From contig JBGANV010000009.1 in assembly GCA_044222185.1 (NCBI GenBank), positions 64,001 through 128,000 of the forward strand: DNA of 64,000 nt, in the 5' to 3' direction. This document shows positions 1 through 7,601 of the stretch, piece by piece (position 1 is the stretch's first letter; each line of letters starts with the position of its first letter). The notes under the pieces were generated by a model, which saw nothing but the letters and a program-made list of their open reading frames with translations, had not been told where the DNA came from and ran no database searches. The position numbers and the translations under genes were made by a program. The DNA is from Planctomycetota bacterium (GTDB lineage Bacteria; Planctomycetota; GCA-002687715; CAIWVZ01).

Positions 1-86
1 AGTCGGCGGCCGAATGATGCCCCGATCCCGTGGCGCGTCGCCGGTCGGCGCCGGGGTCAGCGACAGAATCTCCCTTCGTCCATGAA

Positions 87-114
87 TTGAAGGCCGGACT
101 CGGGCTGATAGCAT
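87..114 (+). promoter_or_regulatory. putative sigma70 promoter for rplU-rpmA-obgE
   Basis: TTGAAG (87-92), 16-nt spacer, extended TGn-TAGCAT (106-114), 47 nt before rplU ATG. Confidence 0.5.
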
Positions 115-161
115 CCCCGTCCCTCGTGGCGGGAAACCTTCGCCCAGGGAGCGAAACCACC

Positions 162-476
162 ATGTACGCGATTATCCAGGACGGCGGACATCAGTACCGC
201 GTCGAGCAGGGCAAGAGGGTCCGCATCCAGCTCCGCGAGACCGAGGATGGCGCCAAGATCACGTTCGACCAGGTGTGCCTGGTCGGCGGCGACGGCGCCC
301 TCAAGGTCGGCAAGCCATTCGTCTCGGGCGCCGTCGTCGAGGGGAAGGTCGTGCGGAACGAAGTGAAGGCCAAGAAGGTGATCATCCTCAAGTATCGCCG
401 TCGCAAGGCCTCACAGCGGCGCAACGGTCACCGTCAGCGCTACACCGAAGTCGAAATCACCGGCATCAAGGGCTGA
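162..476 (+). CDS. rplU: 50S ribosomal protein L21
   Basis: MYAIIQDGGHQYRV...KYRRRK...GHRQRYTEVEIT; start moved to ATG 162; canonical rplU-rpmA-obgE order. Confidence 0.97.
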   Translation: MYAIIQDGGHQYRVEQGKRVRIQLRETEDGAKITFDQVCLVGGDGALKVGKPFVSGAVVEGKVVRNEVKAKKVIILKYRRRKASQRRNGHRQRYTEVEITGIKG

Positions 477-482
477 TACGCC

Positions 483-737
483 ATGGCACACAAGAAGGGT
501 GGCGGTTCAACCCGCAACGGTCGTGACAGCAATCCCCAGTTCCGTGGCGTGAAGGCCTACGGCGGACAGACGGTCGGCATCGGCTCGATCATCGTTCGCC
601 AATGCGGCACCGTGTTCAAAGCGGGTCGCAACGTCCGCATGGGCCGCGATTGCACGCTCTACGCCATGACGCCGGGCACGGTTCGCTTCCTCACGCGCGG
701 TCGCGTCGAGGTCGAGCCTCTCGCGACGAACGCGTAG
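483..737 (+). CDS. rpmA: 50S ribosomal protein L27
   Basis: [16 protein letters not shown]...[10 protein letters not shown] signature. Confidence 0.98.
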   Translation: MAHKKGGGSTRNGRDSNPQFRGVKAYGGQTVGIGSIIVRQCGTVFKAGRNVRMGRDCTLYAMTPGTVRFLTRGRVEVEPLATNA

Positions 738-779
738 TCGGCCGCTCGGCGGCTCCCGGCCCGACGGAAGGCGCATTCC

Positions 780-1778
780 ATGTTCCGTGACGAGGCCAGG
801 ATCTCCGTCAAAGCCGGCGACGGCGGCAAAGGCTGCCTTGCATTCCGCCGCGAGAAGTACATCCCGCTCGGGGGGCCCGACGGCGGAGACGGCGGCAAGG
901 GCGGTGACGTCGTTCTCCAGGCGACCGCCTCCGACAACACCCTCCTGAGCGTCGCCCGCAGCCCGAACTACCGGGCGGCGCCGGGCCAGCCGGGACGCGG
1001 CGCCAACCAGACGGGTCGTTCCGGCAAGGATCTCGTCATCCTCGTGCCCGTCGGCACCATCGTGCGGGACGAGGAAACCCTCATCCAACTGAAGGACCTC
1101 GCGCACGACGGCGATTCGGTCGTCGTCGCGAAGGGCGGGCGCGGCGGTCGCGGCAACGCGGCATTCAAGTCGGCGCTGAACCAGGCGCCGCGCCAATGGG
1201 AGCCCGGCAAGGTCGGCGAAGCGCGCCGTCTCCTGCTCGAATTGAAGCTGATCGCCGACGTGGGGCTCGTGGGACTTCCGAACGCGGGCAAGTCCACGTT
1301 CATCACCGCCGTCTCGCGCGCGACGCCGAAGATCGCGGACTACCCGTTCACGACGCTCGATCCCCATCCTGGCATCGTCGAGCTTCCGGGCTTCCGGCGG
1401 TTCGTGCTGATGGACCTTCCCGGGCTCATCGAGGGCGCGTCCGATGGGGCGGGCCTCGGCCACCGCTTCCTGCGCCACGTCGAACGCACCCGCGTGCTCG
1501 TTCACGTGGTGGATCTCTTCCCCGGTGAGAAGGCGCCGGCGCCTGAAGATGCCTACCGGACGATCGAAAGCGAGCTCGCCGCGTACAGCCCGGTCCTCGC
1601 GTCGAAGCCCCGGATCATCGTCTTCAACAAGGCGGACGTCGACCCGGTGGGGGCGCCTTCCCGTGCTGCCGAGGCCGCGAAGGCCTTGGGGATTCGGGAC
1701 TACTTCATCGCCTCGGGTGCGGCGCGCGAGGGCCTGAACCCCGTGCTCGAGGCGTGCTGGAAGCTTCTTCGCGGCTGA
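780..1778 (+). CDS. obgE: GTPase ObgE/CgtA
   Basis: Gly-rich Obg fold (GGPDGGDGGKGG), GLPNAGKS, YPFTT, DLPG, NKAD. Confidence 0.97.
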   Translation: MFRDEARISVKAGDGGKGCLAFRREKYIPLGGPDGGDGGKGGDVVLQATASDNTLLSVARSPNYRAAPGQPGRGANQTGRSGKDLVILVPVGTIVRDEETLIQLKDLAHDGDSVVVAKGGRGGRGNAAFKSALNQAPRQWEPGKVGEARRLLLELKLIADVGLVGLPNAGKSTFITAVSRATPKIADYPFTTLDPHPGIVELPGFRRFVLMDLPGLIEGASDGAGLGHRFLRHVERTRVLVHVVDLFPGEKAPAPEDAYRTIESELAAYSPVLASKPRIIVFNKADVDPVGAPSRAAEAAKALGIRDYFIASGAAREGLNPVLEACWKLLRG

Positions 1779-1855
1779 GCAGGCCGCGGATCCGTCCACC
1801 CTGACTGCGCCTCCGCCGTTCCCACGGTCGATAGGTCCACTCAGGAGACGCTCAA

Positions 1856-2956
1856 ATGGACCTGGATCGGCTGCTTCGCACGATGGTCGAATCGGACGCG
1901 TCCGACCTGATCTTGAAGGTCGGCAGCGCGCCGGCCATGAAGGCGCACGGGAAGATCCTCTTCCTCTCCGACGGTCCGCTGGACGTCGCGAGCGTGGACT
2001 CGGCGCTCGATCACATCGCCTCTGCGGAGCCGAAGGCGCGCCTCCACAGCCGCGGGGAATGCGACTTCGCGTTCGAGATCGAGAGCCTCGGACGATTCCG
2101 GTGCAACGCGTTCCGGCAGGGCGGGCACGTCTCCATCGTCATGCGACAGATCAAGCGCGTCGTTCCGACGTTCACCGAACTGTCGCTGCCCCCTCGCGCC
2201 TTCACGCAGTTCGCCGCGCTCGAGCGTGGGCTCGTCCTCGTCACGGGCGTCACGGGCTCGGGCAAGTCGACGACCGTCGCCGCGATCCTCGACGCCATCA
2301 ACAACACGCGGAACAAGCACATCATCACGTTGGAGGACCCGATCGAGTATCGCTTCACCGACAACCTCTCGATCATCAACCAGCGGGAGGTCGGATCGGA
2401 CACGGAGACGTGGCTGACGGGATTGCGGTCGGCGATGCGTGAGGCGCCAGACGTCATCATGCTCGGTGAGTTGCGGGACACCGAGACCATGTCGGCTGCG
2501 ATCGCGGCGGCCGAGACCGGACACCTCGTACTCTCGACGCTCCACACGGTGAACGCCATCCAGACGGTCGAGCGCATCATGACGTTCTTCCCGCCGCACC
2601 AGCACGAACTTGTCCGGTTCCAGCTCTCGATGGTGCTCGCGGGAGTCGCAAGCCAGCGGCTCGTGCCGTGCCTGCAGTCCGCGCGCATGATCCCGGCAGT
2701 CGAGGTCCTTCAGGCGTCGCCCCGCACGCGCGAGATCCTCCGCGAGGGCAAGACCCGCGAACTGGAGAAAGCGCTCGTCGAAGGCGCCGAGTACTACGGC
2801 ACTCAGACGTTCAACATGTCGCTGAAGGACCACCTGGACCACGGGCGGATCACCTTGGATGACGCGCTGGCCGCGTCGGACAACCCCGACGATCTGAAGC
2901 TCGCCATGCGCGGGGTGAAGCGCGGCATCGACCGCAAGCTCACGATCGAGCGGTGA
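1856..2956 (+). CDS. PilT/PilU-family retraction ATPase (PilU/PilT2-like)
   Basis: GVTGSGKST, LEDPIEY, QREVG, APDVIMLGELRD, ETGHLVLSTLHT; AIRNLIRE motif degenerate (RTREILRE). Confidence 0.9.
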   Translation: MDLDRLLRTMVESDASDLILKVGSAPAMKAHGKILFLSDGPLDVASVDSALDHIASAEPKARLHSRGECDFAFEIESLGRFRCNAFRQGGHVSIVMRQIKRVVPTFTELSLPPRAFTQFAALERGLVLVTGVTGSGKSTTVAAILDAINNTRNKHIITLEDPIEYRFTDNLSIINQREVGSDTETWLTGLRSAMREAPDVIMLGELRDTETMSAAIAAAETGHLVLSTLHTVNAIQTVERIMTFFPPHQHELVRFQLSMVLAGVASQRLVPCLQSARMIPAVEVLQASPRTREILREGKTRELEKALVEGAEYYGTQTFNMSLKDHLDHGRITLDDALAASDNPDDLKLAMRGVKRGIDRKLTIER

Positions 2957-3085
2957 GCCAGGCCCCTGGGAGGGGGCGGGCCCTTCGGGAATAGGCGGGA
3001 CGGCCATGCCGTCCACGCTTCCGTCGGCTCCACGCTTCCACGAGCCGCGATGGGCCGGTACGATCCCGGCCTGTTCGAGGTGGCA

Positions 3086-4036
3086 ATGAACATCAACCGC
3101 GCACGCGTCTTTCTGGTCTTCGTGAACGTCGGTCTCGCCGGACTCACGGGCTTCACGGCCTACAAGGAGTTCAAGGCGAAGGACCAACGGAGCATCGCCA
3201 CGGCCCAGTTCGAGGAGAAGCTGAACAGCGAACTCGGCAAGATCGTGCGCGTCTCCGGTCGAACGGGCCTGCGGTCGAACGTCGACCAGAAGGACCTCGT
3301 GGACATGACGGGGCAGCCGAAGGCCGAACCCGTGCCGGAAAGCACGAAGACGGTCGAGACCAAGGCGACGACCTATTCGCCACTCGAGCCCCTCATCCGC
3401 GTCCTGACGATCACGTGCTCGGACAACCCGGTCGAATCGCGGGTCGGAATCGTGCGGAAGGCCGCGGGGGAGACGGGCGCGGAGGCGATCATCTTCGGCG
3501 TCGGTGACATCGTCCCGTTCGCGAACAACGCCCAGATCGTCGCGATCCACACGAAGGACGTGGTGTTCCAGAACGGCGAGCAGCAGGAGACCCTGCCGAT
3601 CAACGAGCAACCCGTCGCCGACGGCGGCGCCGGTGCCGCGCGGCAGCCCGGAACGGACTCTCGCGCCGGCGCCGTCGGCAACATCGCGGACTACCTCGAC
3701 GTGAAGCCCGACTCGGGGATCGTGAAGGTCCGTTCGGGCGGCGCCCGCGCGATCGCCCGTGACGGCGAGCAGGTCCTCGAAGGCGTGATCTTCAGCACCA
3801 CCGACATCGGGGGCGGCAAGAAGGCGCTCAAGGTCGACAAGATTCCGGCCGGCAGCCCGCTCTCCAAGTTCGGCGCCGTCGATGGGGACGTTCTGATCTC
3901 GGTCGACGACATTCCCATGTCCACCAAGGCGGAAGTCGTCGATTACGCGAAGAAGAACCCGTCGAAGAGCCGATTCGACGTCAAGATCCAGCGCAAGGGC
4001 GGGATCCTCACCAAACAGGTCCTCATCGAACGGTGA
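3086..4036 (+). CDS. GspC-like bitopic membrane protein with C-terminal PDZ domain
   Basis: N-terminal TM helix, HR-like segment (FGVGDIV...IVAIHTKDVVFQNGEQQETL), PDZ-like SPLSKFGAVDGDVLISVDD; SD GAGGTG before ATG 3086. Confidence 0.6.
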   Translation: MNINRARVFLVFVNVGLAGLTGFTAYKEFKAKDQRSIATAQFEEKLNSELGKIVRVSGRTGLRSNVDQKDLVDMTGQPKAEPVPESTKTVETKATTYSPLEPLIRVLTITCSDNPVESRVGIVRKAAGETGAEAIIFGVGDIVPFANNAQIVAIHTKDVVFQNGEQQETLPINEQPVADGGAGAARQPGTDSRAGAVGNIADYLDVKPDSGIVKVRSGGARAIARDGEQVLEGVIFSTTDIGGGKKALKVDKIPAGSPLSKFGAVDGDVLISVDDIPMSTKAEVVDYAKKNPSKSRFDVKIQRKGGILTKQVLIER

Positions 4037-4824
4037 GCGAGCGGGTGGCGACACCCGGTGCCACAGGCGGCGGCCTCGACCGCGTTCGCGATCTCCGCGC
4101 CTGGGTCCTGGACGTGGGGAACACGCGGACGGCCCTTGGAGCCGTCGCCACCGATGGAACGCTCATCTCCACCTGGCGCGCGCCCACGCCCCGAACCCCG
4201 ACTTCCCCCTGCCGCCTGCCTGACTGGCCGCCCGCCCCGGCGCATGTGGCCTCGGTGGTCGCGGCGGCGGCGACGTGCTGGTCGACAGCCCTCGCGGCCC
4301 TCGGTTGCCCCGTCACCATCTGGGGAGATGACCGCCCGATTCCGATCGCCCACCCCTATCCACCCCCGTCCCGGCCGGGCGCCGACCGGCTGATCGCTGC
4401 TCGGGAGACCTGGATGAGGTTGAGGCGCTCTGCCGTCATCGTGGACGCTGGCTCTGCGGTCACCGTGGACGTGGTGAGTGACGGTGGCGAATTCCTCGGC
4501 GGGGCCATCGCTCCGGGCATACGCGCGCTCGTCGCTGGCATGGCGGCGATCGCCCCCGAACTGCCGCCAGCCGATCCGGCGCAGGTCCGGCCGTACCCTG
4601 CTGGAGCGACCCAGGATGCGGTGAATCTGGGTGTCGACGCCACGGCCTGCGGGATGGCCGTCCGACTCGTGGGGGAGGCACGTGCCTGGATCGGATCCGA
4701 GGCGCCAGTCGTCGTGACGGGTGGTGACGCCGGCCGGTTCGCCGCGTATCTTGCTGCCTGTCAGCCGGCGATCGTCCAAGAGCTCGTCCTGGAAGGCCTG
4801 GCCCGGCTGTCGTTGGAAACGTGA
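4033..4824 (+). CDS. coaX: type III pantothenate kinase
   Basis: LDVGNT, GADR, VDAGSAVTVD, GGAIAPG, VTGGDA motifs. Confidence 0.9.
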   Translation: MSERVATPGATGGGLDRVRDLRAWVLDVGNTRTALGAVATDGTLISTWRAPTPRTPTSPCRLPDWPPAPAHVASVVAAAATCWSTALAALGCPVTIWGDDRPIPIAHPYPPPSRPGADRLIAARETWMRLRRSAVIVDAGSAVTVDVVSDGGEFLGGAIAPGIRALVAGMAAIAPELPPADPAQVRPYPAGATQDAVNLGVDATACGMAVRLVGEARAWIGSEAPVVVTGGDAGRFAAYLAACQPAIVQELVLEGLARLSLET

Positions 4825-6041
4825 CTCACACCGAAGCACTGCGAGCCGGGCGGATCTCACCCTGCGGAGAAGGGGCGATCACCATCTTTCGACTCCGCGG
4901 GTCCGACGCCGCCCAAGTGTTGACCCGCATCTTCCGGCCAAGAGGCGCGCGCGCCCTGGCGGTGGAGGACCTCCGCGTCGGTACTCTGATCCTCGGCGGC
5001 GAGGTCCATGACGCAGCCGTCGTGCGGACGAACGGCAACGGCAAGATCACCGAGGTCGACCTGTCGGTGCACGGCGGCCAGTGGCTGGCCGATCAGCTCG
5101 AACATCACTTGCGGAAGCTCGGGGCCGAGCCACTCGACGACACCGACGGCGCCGGGCTTTACGACCCGTGGAAGGCGGGGCCGGCGATCTACCGCGAGGC
5201 CCAGAGGCTCTTTCCCAAGGCGTTCGCCGAGGCGCAGCTGGCGTTCTTCCTGAACGTCATGAGCGGCAACCTCGCGCGGACGATCAGATCACTTTCTGCA
5301 TCGGTGAGCGCGGTCGTCGGTGCCCCGACACCGGCCGCATTGCTTGCCCGGATCGACTCCCTCTTGAGCCGACAGGCGTTCGGACGCGGCATGGCCGACC
5401 CGCCCGTGGCGGTGTTGTCGGGGCTCCCGAACTCCGGCAAGTCGACGCTCTTCAATCAGCTTCTCGGCCGGGAGCGCGCCATCGTCAGCGAGATCGCCGG
5501 GACGACCCGCGATGCCCTCGTCGACAGCGTCGCGATTCTCGGATTCCCGTTCGTCCTCGTGGATACCGCGGGGCAGCGCGAGACGACCGACCCCATCGAG
5601 CGCACGGGAGTTTCCCGGGCGGTCGAGCTGGCCGGCCGCGCCGACGTGCGAATCGTCGTGATCGACGCCACGCGGTCGCCGGAGGAGCAGTCGCACCTGA
5701 TCCCGGACGCATCCGATGGGGTGGCGCGGGGCCGGACCGTCATCGTCGTTTCGAAGCCCGACCTGGCGGACGCCGGCAGGCACACGGCGGCCTGCGCCGC
5801 CCGCGGATTCCACGCGGTCGCCTGCGTGGCTCCGAAGGGCGACGGGCTGCCGGCCGTGCGCTCGACCCTCGTGCGGGCGTCGCCGTTCGGCAGCTCGGCC
5901 GTGTCCCGGCATGCCGCACCCTTCAGTGAGCGCCAGGTCGAGGCGCTGCGTGCGGCACGCCAACACCTCGCCAATGTTGGGCGTGACGGCCAGACGCGAG
6001 CGTTCCGCCTTCTCGACGGCGTGTTGGACGACAGCCGATGA
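4821..6041 (+). CDS. MnmE/TrmE-like GTPase lacking the C-terminal FC(I/V)GK motif
   Basis: SPCGEGAITIFRLRG and VHGG N-domain, GLPNSGKS, GTTRD, DTAG; 406 aa, ends LLDGVLDDSR. Confidence 0.75.
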   Translation: MTHTEALRAGRISPCGEGAITIFRLRGSDAAQVLTRIFRPRGARALAVEDLRVGTLILGGEVHDAAVVRTNGNGKITEVDLSVHGGQWLADQLEHHLRKLGAEPLDDTDGAGLYDPWKAGPAIYREAQRLFPKAFAEAQLAFFLNVMSGNLARTIRSLSASVSAVVGAPTPAALLARIDSLLSRQAFGRGMADPPVAVLSGLPNSGKSTLFNQLLGRERAIVSEIAGTTRDALVDSVAILGFPFVLVDTAGQRETTDPIERTGVSRAVELAGRADVRIVVIDATRSPEEQSHLIPDASDGVARGRTVIVVSKPDLADAGRHTAACAARGFHAVACVAPKGDGLPAVRSTLVRASPFGSSAVSRHAAPFSERQVEALRAARQHLANVGRDGQTRAFRLLDGVLDDSR

Positions 6042-7219
6042 AGCGTGACCTCGTCTCGATCGAGGATCTCTCGAACGACGACGTGCTGGCCCTGCTCGAC
6101 CGAGCCGACGAGATGGCGGCGCACCTGCGCGAGCGGGCACACCTCCTCCGCGACACCATCCTGGCGACGTTGTTTCTCGAACCGTCGACACGCACCCGGC
6201 TGTCGTTCGAGGCCGCCATGCATCGACTGGGAGGGCGGGTCATCACGAGTGCCGACCCCGCGTCGTCATCGACGAGCAAGGGCGAGACGCTGATGGACAC
6301 CATCCGCATGGTTGATGGATATGCGGACGTGATCGTTTTGCGCCACGCCGCAGCCGGGGCCGCCCTCGTCGCGGCAGGAGTGGCCGATGCGCCGGTCATC
6401 AATGCCGGTGACGGGGGACGGGAGCATCCGACCCAGACCCTCGTCGACCTGTTCACACTGCGTCGCGAGCGGGGGAGGCTTCCCGGGTTGACGGTCCTGC
6501 TGTACGGCGACCTGCGTTACGGAAGGACCACGCATTCCCTGGCCCGGGCGCTCGCGCGTTTCGGCGGGCGGGTACTGGCCCTCGCCGAGCCGGGGCTCGA
6601 GCTCCCCGACTACGTGATCGAGGGGTTGGGGGAGATTCCCGGGGTCGAAGTCGCCTCCGTGGAACTCGATGGAGTCAGTGCGGCGTTGCGTCGCCCACGG
6701 CTTTCGACTCTCATAGCCCCGGGTGCGGCCGCATTCGAAGGACGGAGGGTCGTTCTTGAGGCCGGCGAACTGGATGCGATCTACGCGACGCGAATCCAGC
6801 GCGAGCGGCTTCCCCAATCGTCGCGCGGCGCCCCCGAGCTTCCGCGGATCGACGCCGCGTTCCTGGCATCGCCTGCGACCAGGTCGTCGGTCGTGATGCA
6901 CCCCCTTCCCAGGGTCACCGAGATCGACGTGGGAATCGATGCGGACCCGCGGGCGGCGTACTTCCGGCAGGCGGCTGCGGGGGTTCCAGTCCGCATGGCG
7001 GTCCTTGCCGCAGCCATGGGGGATTTACGGCTCGCCTCGGTCGGGTCCCGACGCCGGGAGGCGAACCCCGCCGACCTGCCCCGCGGGGTGCGATGTGCGG
7101 AGCCGGCGTGTATCTCCACTCGCGAGCCTGCGGCGACGCCGCCGCGGTTCCGACGATCCGCGGCGGGTACGGTCCGGTGCCTGTACTGCGAGAATGCGGC
7201 CGTTCAGGAAAGCGTGTGA
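6038..7219 (+). CDS. pyrB: aspartate carbamoyltransferase catalytic chain with fused PyrI-type zinc-binding domain
   Basis: FLEPSTRTRLSF, KGET, HPTQTL, MHPLP; C-terminal CAEPACIS...RCLYCE. Confidence 0.92.
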   Translation: MKRDLVSIEDLSNDDVLALLDRADEMAAHLRERAHLLRDTILATLFLEPSTRTRLSFEAAMHRLGGRVITSADPASSSTSKGETLMDTIRMVDGYADVIVLRHAAAGAALVAAGVADAPVINAGDGGREHPTQTLVDLFTLRRERGRLPGLTVLLYGDLRYGRTTHSLARALARFGGRVLALAEPGLELPDYVIEGLGEIPGVEVASVELDGVSAALRRPRLSTLIAPGAAAFEGRRVVLEAGELDAIYATRIQRERLPQSSRGAPELPRIDAAFLASPATRSSVVMHPLPRVTEIDVGIDADPRAAYFRQAAAGVPVRMAVLAAAMGDLRLASVGSRRREANPADLPRGVRCAEPACISTREPAATPPRFRRSAAGTVRCLYCENAAVQESV

Positions 7220-7446
7220 CCACGCAGCCCGTGGCGCGTCCTCCTCGAAGCCTGCCCACCCACCGGCTCGTGATGGTGCCCGAAGACCGTGCGGAAGTGC
7301 AACGGACTCGGCGTGACTGAGCGCTCCTGGCTGCCTGGCCCGGGATCCGTCCCCGCCCATTTGCCGGGATTCCATGGAGACGCGTCCGCGGCACGACCCT
7401 TGCTCTTTCGCCGGAATGACCTGCTCAACCACGGACTCTGCCTGGT

Positions 7447-7476
7447 TTGACAGGTGAGGCCTGTCGTTCATAGTAT
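7447..7476 (+). promoter_or_regulatory. putative sigma70 promoter with overlapping palindrome
   Basis: TTGACA (7447-7452), 18 nt, TAGTAT (7471-7476); GACAGG-N5-CCTGTC (7449-7465) overlaps the -35 and spacer. Confidence 0.55.
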
Positions 7477-7601
7477 GCGCCGCCCTTCTGGGAGCGACGG
7501 AAACCGTGGACGCAAAAAGTGCGTCTGGCAAGTGACTGGCGGTTCTCGCCACCTGCACGATCGCAGGAAGGGTCCTGGTAGACGCTAGGAGAAGCTCAAA
7601 G

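Noticed and set aside
7526-7541. Sigma54-like TGGCAAG-N4-TGGC; weaker GG-N10-GC matches also before the pilin and EF-G2
   Set aside because: Imperfect -12 or -24 boxes, and GG-N10-GC is frequent by chance at this GC content.
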